DNA from: Balanoglossus misakiensis
Lineage: Eukaryota > Animalia > Hemichordata
Assembly (NCBI GenBank): GCA_040954595.2
Contig: CM082577.2
Span: 7,589,846 to 7,653,845, forward strand
DNA: 64,000 nucleotides
Direction of reading: 5' to 3'
The notes beneath the pieces were generated by a model. The model saw only the letters and a program-made list of their open reading frames with translations, did no database searches and was not told where the DNA came from. Below are positions 14,376-29,300 of this stretch, one piece after another. The translations under genes were made by a program, and so were the position numbers. Position 1 is the first letter of the stretch, and each line of letters opens with the position of its first letter.

Positions 14376-17300
14376 ATGCCTCGCTGGGAGAATCACGGGC
14401 GAGTTGGCCGTTGCCTCGTGATGTGCACGGCCATACTCGCCCACATTACTGCCGCTGGAAGCCAGACCACCGACGCACCCCCGGAAGAATTGAAAGTGGG
14501 CCTTCTCTCCGGTTTCTATAAACGCCTCGGTTGGGCGGCCGTGTCCGGGGGACTTGTGTACGCGGTCGAGGAAATTAATAACAGCAGCTCTCTACTGCCC
14601 GGTTATGAGCTCAAAACGTACGTCGAGGACACGGGGGGTTTCTTCGACTTCACGGAGCTCCGCTCCATCCTCGCCACCACCGATCTGCACGAGTCGCGCG
14701 TTCACGTCATGTTCGGCCCTGACGAGTACTGCAATGTTGAGGCGCGCCTGGCCGCTGCTTGGAAAGTGCCGATGATTTCATACGTAAGTATAGCACACGC
14801 ACGTTTCACACGACATATCTCGCCGCCGGGGTTTTCACCTGTTCGCGTGTTTCAGTTGGTCTCCATCAACTATACAGCAACTGCACAGCGGGCAACTTAC
14901 CCGACAATTGTAAATGTTTATTAAAAGGGAACGCAAATTTCTTTACCATCAGTTTACACATATGTCCTTATCATTCATGTGGACGATGCTTTGAAAATAT
15001 CAAACCCGCTCGTCGTTTTTAAAAACCATATTGTTATTTGTACGGTAAAATTTTATTCCGCTACACTAATAACATGATGCTGAATACAAGTGAATTTCGA
15101 CTGAGGATATTATTGGTGCGATAGATTTTAACCGCTTTTTTGCATGAGACATAACAAATTCACATTGTCCTTTGTAATGTGATTTCACGAAAAAAGTGAG
15201 CAGCGTTGCATGGCTTTACATACGGGTCTGTAACTGCGTGTGACGTACACCACCATTTCATAGTACCCGCGCGCGAATACCATTATATCTTCTGTAGAAT
15301 TAGGCCTACAGGCTGTTGTAACATCCACGGGGAAAAAATAGTAAGCTTATACGTGGGCCTTGCTCGCTTCAGTCACACTGGTGCGCGACTTTTTCTGAAT
15401 CGCAGCTCCCGTTGCATTGACGACGACAGTTCAATAAATACAGTGGGCACGGCTGTGGACACGCATATACAATGACATTAGCGATACAAAGAAAGAAAGG
15501 GCTTGTTTCACGGGCTGGCTGAGACAGGTGATTTGTCTATTCAAAACACACGCCCGACCGAAAATTGCGGCAATTTAATAAAAAAAAGTGAATAGTTTAA
15601 ATAGAGTCTGTTGTTTGACAAAATTCTTTCTTACCAGGTAAAACTCACAATTTTCACGTACGGGGGAAGATGGCATCTTTAGGCTTTATACTACACCCAA
15701 AAGTTCTCCCATCATTCGGAATTCACGTATATAACTTTAAAAACATGGAATTCCAGAGGTCCATTAATACGACTCCATCTTTCCCCTTTTAGCTAACCGA
15801 CTAATTTCGCGGCGTGTGTGTCCACGCCGACGATAATCCGGATTGACGCCACAAGTCAGCGTTTGATCAGAAATTTCCAATCTGGATGTTTTGTCCGAAT
15901 GGAAGGGAATATTCCATGCGCTCACATACATATGCCCAGACATACGGTTTGATGGATTTCGGAGTCTTCGCATGACGTCGCTCTGACGTGCTCGAACTCA
16001 GTGAAAATTAGTGCAAAGGCATGACTGTTTTCTGTTGTAGTTAATTCACTAGTGCTATATACAAAAAAAATCCACCCTAAAAAACACATTCTCCGAAATG
16101 CGATCTGTTTGGAACTTGGTGCCGTTGCAAAAGTGATGGGTTTGTAGTGATCTGACAGTACGGTACGGTACTGACAAAGTTTCTGGGGGTCTAAGACCTA
16201 GGGGTGCGCTACGCGCGGTTGTCATGGAAACACGTCGGCACAGTCAACATGGAGCAGGTAACACCGGCGATAGCTTTCGCTTCCTAACAGATTGAGTGTA
16301 GATCAAGTTGTATGACAAGAGCCCGTGGGACACGGCGCATTTAGTGAATTGCCATGAAGAGCAATTTAAAAGGAAATAGCCGGCTAAATAGACCCAATAA
16401 CACGTACAAAGCGTGCCAATTTCACAAAACGTTAAACGATCAGCGAGACAATATTGTCACCTTCAAATATAATTTGACTCGTACAGTACAGTCAGTGTAT
16501 AGGATCCTTTTTTCAATCACGAGCAGCAGCGGCATTCAAGCTGCACTTGACCGCCGCTTCGTATGCAAAGTGGCTCCCGTGTCACGCCCGTTTCCAAAGC
16601 CGAGGGGTCAAGATTACTGAACTCGTCTCGCGTATTACAGTAGTTAGATTTCGGAAATCCGATTTTGCTTAAAGACTTAAAGACTCCAAAACGTCATCCT
16701 GGCATTAAATCCGGCCTTAAAGACATCATTGTGCGTGGCACTATAATCCGGTTTTATAGTGTTGGGTGTCCTGTAACCCGTTACTCGCCCGTGCAATCTT
16801 TAATACCAATACATTCTCGATCGACACCGAGTTTTTTTCACTCCTTAGTGGCCTGTGTATCTGAACAAATCAGAACCTTTCAACGTTTTGTGACGTTTTT
16901 TGCGAAGAGTTCTTGCCATCTCATGTGAATTCACGTCTCTCCGGGATTTCGGCATATTGTTTCGGAACAAATGATATCGAGTTAAATCTCTGTAATGTAC
17001 TCACTTTCGCCGGCGATCAGAAAAAAAAAGACTTCAAGGAAAACAAATTAACAAAGGACATGACACTTGTACATGTATGTGCTTAATGCGATTTGAAGTG
17101 ATCAAACCTCCCTTTCAACAACTACAGCAAACACGATGAACTTATCCGTGACAATAGAAGCTGACTTTGTTGACATTGATTGTCAGGTTCGAAAAAAAGG
17201 GAATCTGACAGCTGAGTAAGAAGTTAAGCTGGGTCAAACTTGTTTTTGCTTTCGAATTTCTGAATGTCTGCGTGTTCCTGTCCATCGACATTTTCCAGAA

Positions 17301-20300
17301 GTTAGTATTCGTATACTTTGAAAGGGAACTTCAATCGACGATTCAATGGATCACTAATTAGTCTATACAAGTCATGTAGATAGACACGGGGAGTTGGCTG
17401 CAGTCTGCGACACTTTGGGGCAAGGTGTCTTTATACACAAGACGTGTAGGGCTTATCAATGGCACCGTACCGGGATTCTCTTTCTGGGCAAGGGTTCACC
17501 GCGCGTCGCGATTTCATATTGTGCACGGTCACGTCAGGCAAAACTCGTTCAACTGAACATCAACCTGAGTTATAATGCGATTTAGTGAAAAGAAACGTTG
17601 TTTGAAGGGAGTGATTGAAATTTTTGGACGTAACTACGCCGCGTCACTTACAGGTGGTTGAGTTTTTTTGCTGTTCAGAGAGCCGTTAACAAAACAAGCA
17701 CAGTTTTCAGATGCCGAATCCGAATCGTAGAATTGAAGTGTTGGCCAGACTTCAAAACTCTGCGCTCTCCCGATACCCATGGGGGTAGCCCCCCACTCGA
17801 GTTAATATAGTTGGAGAATGGGGATGAAATAACCGAGGGAGCGTATTTGTTTTTGGTTCAAAGCGGTACGACTTATATGGGGGTTGCTCGCCGCTGTTTG
17901 TATAACCCGGGGTGTTTTGCACCAGGCCCATGCACTATGAGATGCTGCGGTCAACTCGTTCATTTCGGCGACAAATGGCGGGTCAGGTGAGGGCTCGTCT
18001 TCTACGTGCCCTGCCTGCATTCGCTGCGTTCATTCAGCACAAAGTTGTGATAATGTGTTTGGTGATCGGGGTTACCGCATATGATCACAGTTCTTGGCGT
18101 ATTTAAATAGGGAAAAACAACTGGGTCTGCGCTATAATGGTTTTTGTTCATCAAACCGCTGTGACCAGACCACTCGTGTCTTTATTTGCCGAGTCAATTC
18201 AAATTGTGGTAATTGGTTTATTCTCATCCGTCTGCGTGTATTTTGCCACAAGGCAGCGGAGACGTTCGTCTGAACCGAAAACAGCCGCAGGCAGATTGTC
18301 ACGAACAAGACAGGTACTATTAACAAGGAATTAGGGGCACATTAAAGCAGAACACGTTTCCAGTTAAAGCTGTACTTCAAAGCACACGACCAGTCACACA
18401 AAGAGGTTGCTACTAGCGTATTCCTTCTCTGCGGAAAGCCATGTCCGAGTCAATTTCTGCGCAAAAAGTCACTGGCGTTGTTATTTCGTCAATCTCGCAG
18501 TGTTCACCTCCGTTCCCTTTGTCGAGCCGAATGGGGGCATTAAATTTCAATCCATTATTAAGTTACAACTCTTTTAATAACTTCAAGCTTGATTGGGAAA
18601 ATTGAACGAATGACTCTATAAGAACTAATATAAAATAAATTAGGAAGCGTTTTATAAATGGGCATTAAAAGTCGCTCAAACAGCGGCTTTGTGTTCGATG
18701 ACATCACTTCGTATGTCACAATGATTGACGGTATTAAAGTAACGGGCGATGCTTTTGGCAACTTCAGGAGTAGTGCGTCAAAAAAGCATGGAACTGAGTT
18801 TTCTGATCGCGTTTAAAGCACAAAAAATCTCCTGATGTAGCCGTCCTTACTTTTTCACACCCTCCACAGACCTGGTTCTTTTAATCGAGCCGGACAGCAC
18901 TAGTTAATATCATTTAATTACTTTACATCGTTTTATATTGTTTTGGGTCATACGCGACCACGCTCCAATTCACAGCGCATGCGTTACTTCGTGTTGTCAT
19001 TTCTTAGCCAACTTGATGACTGGGCCACCAATCCAACAGATCATTACACTATCTGTGCCTAATGAAATTTCTTCTTGTTGAGGGTTTCGGCTCATCATCT
19101 CAAATGCCATGAAGTCTGCACTTTGCACTCAGCAAAGTACTAAGTGGAGCCTTTTTAAAAAGGTCCAGTTTAAGTGTTCTGTGACGGGCAAGTGGCACAT
19201 AAACGGACACGCCCACACCAAAACCCCGAGTCAAACATTCAAAGAAGGTACTTATACACTTGTCATTTCAGCTAGTGTTTTTGTTGCACAGTTGCAGCGT
19301 GCCCCATATCGGTTGCATTAGCAGTGTACTATTTCAGTTGTCAAGTTGACTTCAAACAACCCCGTGTTTCCTGTTTGAGAGATGCGGTTGATGAAGTTTT
19401 ACTCACTCTTGAAAGGGTTTTCCATCGATTGCAACACATGCCAATCAATTTTTGTTTTCACACGACTTTTTTTTCTCTCCTTGGCCGCCGATATTCAGAA
19501 GAAAATTACTCGCTAACAAATAGAGTGATTGCGAGTGATTATTAACTAGGGTAACATACAGTGATGTGATTTGCCGCCGAATAGCAATAAAGAAAACTCA
19601 CCTGCTTGGCCCAGTATGGGGTTATGGGTACGTACGTCACACACTCCTTAAAATAGCAAGAAACTTTCAGTATTGGCATCTTACACTTGCTTCCAAATAT
19701 GATTGGTTCCAGAACTGAAATGGGTGGAAGAGAAAACGCAAGGTTTATTCGCATATATGAAACATTAATCTGGCCAAACATATTTCGTTTTAAACGCTAC
19801 GACGGATGGTTTTGGACCCTGAGCATGCGCGGCGCGATCACGATTTCGGTTGATGTTTACCGAAACAGGAATATTGACTTCGCAAAGAATTAATTTGCAT
19901 TAAACAAATAGGAAAGTATGAAACAAACGAAATAATTTAATTAGCTCAGATTATAGTCTGTTGATCTGGGTCACGAGTGTATACATGTACGACCGTCAGA
20001 AACGGAGAAATCATAAAGTTCCTTAGAAATTCGGATATGACACCGTGCATTGGAATTAATTACCGTATGTTTTAGCTTGGCGCAAATCCAACAGCTCGTG
20101 TTGTTATTTGATTTGATTTGATTTGAAAACACACTCCGCTGGATGTATTCGCGTCAACTTGCATTGCACAGGTAACGCGTCAAACCACTGCTCTCATACT
20201 TTCGCACTACTTTCTCAAACCCGGGTCAAGCAATCATGTACTTTACCCACAGAATGTCATATGCTTTATTATCTGCGCTGCCACACATTTCGAGGGACAA

Positions 20301-23300
20301 TTTTCGACACTTTATAGCGTTTTATATAAATGGCGCTGCGTCCTTACTAAGTGTGGATAATTTGTCACAAGCGGTGCCTTCGTAGAACGGAAGATCCAAC
20401 TGTGAATGGTGTCCATTAAGGGAAGGGTTCGGCGCAAAAAATGCCTGAATTAGCTTACGGTAATTCACCTAGGGGAACTATTGTAACGTGGCTTCCCTTA
20501 TTTCAGCCGTGAGATCGTAATAACCGCGCGCGAAGCACAGACAATCTGACAGAAAGGTTGGATGATCTTCCGGAATGTAGATGTACGTGTGCACTGATCG
20601 AGCACGTTGTACGTGTCTTGCAGGAATATCGACAAAGCCGCCGCCGACATCAACGGGGATGATGTCTGTCAAAGTGGCGCGGCTGTATTACATAAACCAC
20701 CCGTTGCTAATAACACAATCCACGGCAATTTGTTTCGCGTAAACGTTTTGGCTATACAAGCGTCCCTGTGCATCGACAACAGACAAGGACGACGCATTAT
20801 CGCATGTTGAATGAGGGCTGTCTCTCGACTCTCCATGTTGATTGACGTTCTAATAAATGCGTTGGAAATTTCAACATTTGACAGATGGCGGCCGGCATTA
20901 CAATATTGTGGATTGCCCACTCCAGTTGAAACAATTTTGAATTCAACAGAGAATGCGCGCTCGAGTGTTTCGCTGCTTTTGATGTCGCCGAACAGTGGTT
21001 ATTGCGAGGGATCAGTTAAGTCGGTTAAAAGTGGTCTGCTTTGGCCTGATCAGTGGCTGTTTCGTTAAATGAAATGTTTTAGGGGATAACTAAACAAATG
21101 GAAGAAGAGTTCATTTGCTGTCATTAAAATTCGACAAAGTCAACAACTTTATCGAAATTTACAACCAACAGTGAATTGCGGGTATAAAGTGAACTGAACA
21201 TAGAACTCAAACAAACGCTTATCAGATGACGCAGATTTGAAGTTATAAATACCTCCTGGCAGTATTAAAAATTGAAATCTGGGATTAATTGTACAAACAA
21301 GGTCATTAACAAAATCTGTTAGTTGTCTCCCAGGAAGACGACACTGACGATAGCGAAAGTGAGCGCACGATTCCCAGACAACAAACAGCGGAAGTTTGAG
21401 TATTTGAATCGAACAGCACGTTCGGCAATATGACGATTTCGTCCTTGGGGACTTTGGCGTAATTACATCTATACTTTTCGTGATATTTTGCCTGGTTGAG
21501 TTACTACTGGTGCGACTATCCTTCCACGTTTCACCCGTGGTGATGTAATGAGTCCAGAAACGGGGGTTAGAAACCCGCCGTTGACCTGCAGAAGGTCGTC
21601 CCGTCCCCACGTCGCTACTGTTACCCACACCGAAGAAATACCGTTGTACGAGTTCGTTCAAGCAAGAGTTTAATTTACGTCATACATCTGCAGTTTCCCA
21701 CCGAAAAACGACGTGAGATTCGGCCTCTATACACCCGCATTCACGTTGTCGTGGTAACGGTGACATCACAGGTCGGGGCCTGTTGGTTGCAATTCCCCTT
21801 TTCACTATTTTTTCATTAAAGAGTGGGGCGTGGGGAGAAACCAAACGCCGAAGTGAGTTCACTTTAAACCTCTCTCGAACTGCGTGCTCCGTCGGGATAG
21901 GAACTATCTAATGATCGCAATTGTATGCACTCTATTCAAGACATTTCAAGCTTTATTCGCCTCGTATTACTTACATGAGACTCCAAGAAACTAAACGTGG
22001 ATTTCACTTCATTGCAATATTTTCCCCGTCTCCGCAAAGCGCATGCACACAATTCCAGGATTTTCTGTTTCTAATGAAGTTAATCCACCCGAAAGTCTCA
22101 TTCAGCTTTTGCCTGGATGGTTAGTGTACTTCTAGAGGTTAAGTAATTTGATTTCAATCCGCTTTAAGACTTTGCTTTTAAAAACAGCCTCCGTTTTCCA
22201 AGGAAGCCGATATTTCCCGCATACGAAAGCGCCGTCTATGCACTTTTGGCCTGGCAAAGACCATTATCCTTTAAGATCTGACGCGGCTTCGTTTCGCGGA
22301 CTATCTCAAGAAAGACTAGATCTTTAGACTTTGATTTCGCGATTTACTAACGAGCAAACAGTCCAGATCATTATCCCTGATTTACCAAATGGAATTAGCC
22401 AGTGATGTGCGTTTAATGATGGAGAATCGTTTGTCTTCATCGGAGATGTTTTTTTTTATTCAGTACTTCTTTAGGCTTGATATGGACACATTTCTCTTCG
22501 ACGTGGTACTCGAGGAGTTGACATGATGTTGCTCTTTGTCACACACTACACGATTTTTCGGACACAATGCAACAAAGGACAACAAAGATCCCTTTAAGAC
22601 AAGTGAGAAATCAACCCATTTTTTTTAAATCGCTTACAACACTGAAAGTAAATTTGACCACTACCATGGACAATTTAAGCCACGCAAAGCACATCCACCT
22701 GACTTCTGCAATTTGATATTCACGATGCTAATCTTCTTTTCAAAATCCATGTTGACCTCAATAAAACCGGATGGTGTTATTTTAATTCAACCCAAATGCA
22801 TGAATAATTCTCAAAGTGTGTTTTGTGGAATGATGTCATGACTTGGAAAAAACACAACTGTTCTAAAACCAAGCTGTAGGATTTTACAGGCGCTGTTGAC
22901 CATGTTCATTTCACTCGGGTAACGACACGGTTGCTAGGCAGTGAAGATTGTTTACTGGACATATCCCAAAGGTGTTCTGTGATATTGTTCGCGGGACTAC
23001 AATGATGGGGTTCGACCTGGTTGTTTGGTGTTTGGTCCAGTGAACTTGAATAACTTCATTATTGCAACCGATCTTTTGGGATTTTAATTTTGGCTCCGAA
23101 ACATCCCACTCGGACCATTTTTAGTCTTTCGGGAGTGATTTTCTTTGTTTTGAAGTCATTTGAAGTTTGTCCGGAGAGAAAGTATCTTCATAACTCGGTT
23201 TGTTTTGTTAGAAACGTCCGTTGTGTCAATCTCAATTATTTCTATATTCATTTTAATTCTTTGGGGAGGGGGGGGGGGGTTCAAAATATCTCGTTTCCAC

Positions 23301-26300
23301 TGCCGTGAACATTGCATTATCACATTTGCTGTACTCACAATCAACACAGTTCTCACTCTTGCCCAATTTCTTGAAAGTGTCGCTTTCACACACAAGAAAG
23401 TTTTGGTCTATCCAAGCGATCCCCGGGTTGCGCCCACTGATGCAATTTTCAATCTGATATACAATGGCGACAGAGAACACGTACGAATCAGACAACCGGT
23501 TCACACAGTGGACGTCGGCATATTGGGAACCACCGGCGGTACTCAAAAGACAGGGCTGTGTCCTTGCTAACACGCTGGCGTGACATGTGATGGTTGTTTC
23601 CGCTGTTTATAAGTCAGCTTTCAAATTTGATAAAGTTCGTTTTTTTCTATGTTGTTTGAAAACGGTAGAAAAAAACACTTGTACAGAAACCGCGCGTTTC
23701 CTGGAACGTGTAACTATGCAGTTGTGCCGGTGATCTGATGTTGTAGCTGGGTGACAAAAGGGGCACATACTGTTTAAACCCAAGGGACACAATTTAATGT
23801 TTTTTGTGATCATCATACTTTAATTGAACACTGACTAATGACTGCTATGTATACAGAAGCCATTAAGCTCATGCTACTACTACTGCTATCCAGGCAAAAC
23901 AAAATATGCTGACAAAATAAACCTTGCTAAGACAATAATAGGCTTTGGCGCTGGCAAACAGATGTACCTGTACCTACGGCTAACCTGTAAAAAATGTTTG
24001 CCATAAATTAGGCTATAAAATCCAGGCTAAACATTTTGTGATGTTTATGTCGTATACATGTATTGTCTTTTTGATTGGAGTTGTGAGCCAAGCTGTACTT
24101 TCATTGTTGGAGATAATAACGTTTCGTGAATCTTGAATATTAATATGCTATTAATTTGCTATTAATTAGCTATACCATGATGTCCCAATAGGTGCTGCCA
24201 ATGGTAATCACGTGTAGACCGCCAGGTACTACCAACACTAATCCAATATACGAATGGTACTCAATTGAATATGCTGACAAGCCTAGTATTTCATAGAAAT
24301 GCAAATATTGATATATTCGAGAAGTACGCAAAAATCGATATACATGCTAAACGTTTTAGTAAATGCTCTACTTTATATGTTTTAATTGCAATTGGGTTTC
24401 GAAATGTCAAAACTGCGGCTACCTAAGGCTAGATAGAGGATCCAAATAAATGATTTCCGTGAACAGAGTTCGTGCAAAACTGGGAAAGCTGTAGTTTGGG
24501 CGTGGAAGCAGCCAATGACACTAATGCGCAACGCTGCCAATGCCAGCCGCGCACATGCACATTATTGATTCCACCGTGATGAAGTAGGGGGAAAACGGCG
24601 ACTGTTCGGAAGACACTGTCAACTTGCGATAGCATTTAGCGGTTTTGCAGTCAGACCCCATGCGGTGGCAGACAGGCAACTGGCTGACATCGCGATGAAT
24701 ATCGATATAAAAGGAGGATGTTGTGAAGGGGTATGGAGCATCGCCGCTTGAGATATGAACGAGCAAATAATATCACCCAGCATGGAGTGATTGGAAATGT
24801 TGAAAGGTCGTCCGCATCTGGGCAGTCTGACGTATTTTTGCGCATGCGATACTAACAGAAAAGATCAACCACACACAAACAACCTTGTCAGAAACACCCG
24901 ATGACGTAAATGGAAAATATACTTGTTTGTTACGCCAGTATAAAAAGTCGTTTATAAAGTGCCCGCGATATTGTTGATTTTTTAAAGCGGGACAGTAAAG
25001 ACTTGTCCTTTAAATTCAAACGCGACGTAACAAAACGTCCAGCCCGCTAACGTTCCTTTTAATATTTCGCCGTCAGAGTGAAAGCTGAACACACAGCTTG
25101 TGTGTTTTTATCGCCCTTTATTCTGTCACCATTGTAAACCGTTGGAAAAACAGATGAAGCACACGCAGTCCTACATCTCTGACAGGAAAACATGACTTTA
25201 ATTCGTTGAGTTTTTACTGGCGTCAGGTTGTATCTGTCCGCATTACAAAGCATTACAATCAGTGTGACGTGTCGGAAAGGGGTCACTAATCCGATTACAC
25301 TAATATCCCCGTGACAGGTAAAAGGTCAAACAGATCTCTCTTAGAGGTCGGCGGTTTTCATGGAGTCATTTGGAAACACTGAGTTCAACTAATGATTAAA
25401 GGCACACCTTTATTCAGCTTCATCCCAAACCAAATGGTGGGTTGGTGGGTGGGGGTGGGGGTGGATGGATGGATGGATGGATGGATGGATGGATTGATGG
25501 ATGGATGGACGGACGGACGGACGGACCAATGCATCATCTGTTACAAGGAACATGTATTTAGATGCTGAGTGGCATACAGCAAACTATGCGTTACCAACTG
25601 GTTGATTATAAAATGTAATGTGTGTGACCGAGTCAGTCTAATTTCCAATAATGAAACAAATTGTATGAGCCGTGCTCAAAAGGCAGCCGCGTTGGTGAAT
25701 ATAAATTAACTGCGTTGGGTCAAAGATGAAATTCGTTCTCTACTGATAGTGAGATGCGTTCTGCCACCTGTGCACTTGGCAACCGTTACCATGATACAGT
25801 ACTACTCCAGTCTCAACTTTACAGCTAGCTCGGAGCACTTCGTATCTCAAGGCGATATTTGTCGTCGATACGGTGATGACCAGTTACACACTAATAGCCA
25901 AACATGGAAGGGTTCAATTCACTGAGTTTGCTACTCTGCCTCTCAAAAAAGCGAGTCGATGTCATTTTTCCTTTCGAATGCAAGCCCAGAGAAAAATGAC
26001 AGACCCAAAATGGCACCATTATCCGCCGCAAAGAAGAGCGCCAATTGCCGCAGTGCATTAATACTCGCTTCTAAAATGCAGCGGCGTCACTTATTTCGAA
26101 ACAATCATCGCCGAAATAGGACGTGTTTCAGCGCCACAGTAATTTCCGAGAGCAACTAGCCCATGAACATTGGCTGTAGATAATTTCAACTGTAGAAAGC
26201 GGTTTGTTTTTTCAACAATCGTGTGGCAGTGGTACGTGTCGCATTTACTTGACAGTTTCCTGCGCTCTCTGCGCCGATTTCACATTCAGTGCGCATTCAT

Positions 26301-29300
26301 CTGCAGTCAGCACCACGCCGTCCATTATGCGACTATTATTTGCATTCCGGTTAACATATGGCCATCGCGTCGAGCATTTTGTGAATGCAGTGAATGCCAG
26401 GATATGGAAGCGATGCGAGTATGATTGTCGAATGGAATTTGAATTGTATTTCTGTGTAGATCAGTAAAACCACAGTCCTTTGCGCGAGTGTTTGTAGTCA
26501 AAACACGGGATATACAACTCTGAATTCACATATTAAGCAAATATTTTAGAATTTCGAAATGTCTTGTAAAACTGTCACGATTTCCGAGTAAACCAGATTG
26601 TTTCAGCAACAGTGAATAGCATCAATTTTACAAGGACCACGGGGATGAAGCACCACTTTCCCGCCACTTAAGCGAAGAGAAACGAAAATCGTTCAGAGAA
26701 TCAAAGCACCATAACAAAACAAAGTACATCTCAAGCTAACGCATCAATTATAATAATTGGTCACCAAATAACGTCGCTGTATGGTGACCGTGCGGAGTCA
26801 CAGTGGATTGTCGAGATCAATATGAGGTTGAAAGTAACGTTTGCACTGCGTGTACATGTTTAACTTACCTATACGAAAAGCTTCATTTCCATGGAAAGTG
26901 TCTCTCTTATCCATTCACGATGCAGCGGCACCTCCAACGAGGCAATATATCAGCCCTTTTCCGGAATTCCTTATTTCGGGTGACGTTCAACCCTTTCATG
27001 GCCAACGAGTAGGATTCACGAACGCCCTTCTGTTGCCAGGACCGCCTGAAACCTTCCTTGAGATAAAAGACTTAGACCAGTTTCCCAGTCAATCATGTCC
27101 GTGAGACTTTCGGTCATATCCTGGACGTCGTCACACGTCCGCGGTCGTACGGGAAGCGTGTGTCTTGCCTCCGCGTGACCGTTCTTGCGTTCTCGTGTGG
27201 AGTGAAGCAAGCATGCGTGCTCCGAAATTGAAATCTGCGAGCACCTGTTCACGTTTTTGTTTTCTACCAATCAGGAATAGTTTCTTAAATTTAAATTAAC
27301 AAGGTGCATGGTTAGACATGTTCTCAACGTCACCACCATTCTGCGTTTAGAACCTGTCTGGATATGGATGTTACCGCCAATTTATTTTGAATACTATAAC
27401 AAACCTGTACTAGTCGTTGGTTTTCACGAGGTGCGGACAAATGTACTTCAAGAATCTGAACTGTAGAAACTGAGTTGGAAAATCGATCATTTAAACATAT
27501 TTACTATCCATTTTCATATCCTCCTTGAGAGCGGTGGGCATAAGAATTGATTACACGCGCTTCAAAATATCCCTAGGCCAATATAGGCATGGTATATTTA
27601 ATATGAAAAGACACGACGTGTTGCTAATGTTACGCTACACCATGGTTAACAAAAATTTCAAATTGGTAGATATATTATTACGTCTTAATAATATACCTTG
27701 TTATATCACATTGTTCTGGTATCTGGTGCATGTCTATGGATACGTGAGAGCATATTGTAAGCAAGCTGCTGCTGCTTCCCACGGGGGCGGCAGCAGAAAT
27801 ACTTGGGCCTAGCCCTGTGTTCGTGAAACTTGATGGTAACTGTAAAAGATGACGAATATGATTAGGTTACAAAAGTGACGTTCTCCGTGTTGCGCGACCT
27901 TTGAACTGCGAAAGTTAGGGGGCAAGCAGTTGAAAGAAAAACATCCGTAGTAACATTTAGCACTTGCTTAATTTGATTTCAAATGATGGCCTTGTAGTAA
28001 CCTTGGCAACGGTGTTGGGTGATATTAAGGGTATTCAATGTTCTTGGCTATATCTAGTTGTGTGGGTGTACATACATGTAGTTTGAATGTTGTTTCCACT
28101 GGTCCTGTTCCACCGATTGCATGACCCTTTTTCTACATGATGTGTGTTTTGGCGTTTGCGTCAACTGCACACCTCTTTTCAGTGGGCGCACCGGTTAACC
28201 ACACCCCGTCAGCTGCAAAATTGCCCTTTGCAGCAGAAGATGTGAATGTTCACGTAATCTTGTGAAAATATGAGATTTTTTTTTACTTGCGCGCGAGTCT
28301 GCCGCTGCCAAGCTTATTCCACCGTAAGATTCCCAACAAACCATATGCTCAGTGCAACTCTGTTGAAAGCGTTTGCAAAATTGAAAGGTGTTGTTTTTTT
28401 CTGTTTTGGGGGCAATACTTTAAGCTTTGAAAATATAATGTTTGCGGCGGAACTTCACAAATCAATGTAAATGTGTTTTGTCTGCATCGCTATTCGGAAG
28501 CATTCCGTTGGTAAAAACTGAACGGGACGTGTGTGCGGTTTTTTATTAGATGCTTTTCTTATAAGCCTGTGTGATTAATTTACGCCCGACCCGACTGTTT
28601 GATTACCGAGCTTAGATTTGATCTGGGCTCACCAAGAATTGCGTAATGACATAGCAATGACAGATCGTGTTTGAAAAACCCCTTGGGTAGTCATTAGAGA
28701 AACACTGCTGGGACAAAAGTCTTGACGCAATCCTTTTTGGAAATTGCTCAACCGTTAAATAATGATCCATCTGGATACAAACACAGGCCGACGATCCATC
28801 ATCACCCAATCCGTTCTCCGTTCAATTTGAGAGGCTTTCTTCCCTGCGATTTTACAGGGCTCTATTGAAGTCGTGAGGGAGAGACGCGGTCACTGTAATA
28901 TTTTGGAATAATCGCTTCCAAGCTAACCAGAACACCTGAGCCGTCCTCATCCGGGGTCGTTGTGACGTATCCATTGCAATAGTTACTGTTCAGTTCCATT
29001 TCAACCCCGTTTTCGCCCAAAAGAGTAGATGGTTTAACCTGTCCATAGCGGCCAGTGCAAAAGCTTTCCTAAAATGGTCTTTATAAACAGGTGGCCTTTG
29101 TAAAAACATGAAAATTAATGCGCAATGTAAATTGCACAGGTTTACGCTATATAGAGGTGGTCGCTAACACAGGTTTGACTGTACATCTGTCTGCCATGAC
29201 AAACCATCTCTCACGGGACGCAACGAAAATACTCCGTCATCCAAGCCATCACTTCTTGAAATTCATTCTTTCCCTGAAATTGCATCATTTGGCTGCATGT

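Noticed and set aside
21149-21661. 170-aa minus-strand ORF inside cyclase intron 1 (possible nested gene)
   Set aside because: Non-ATG start, no homology recognised, no supporting exons.
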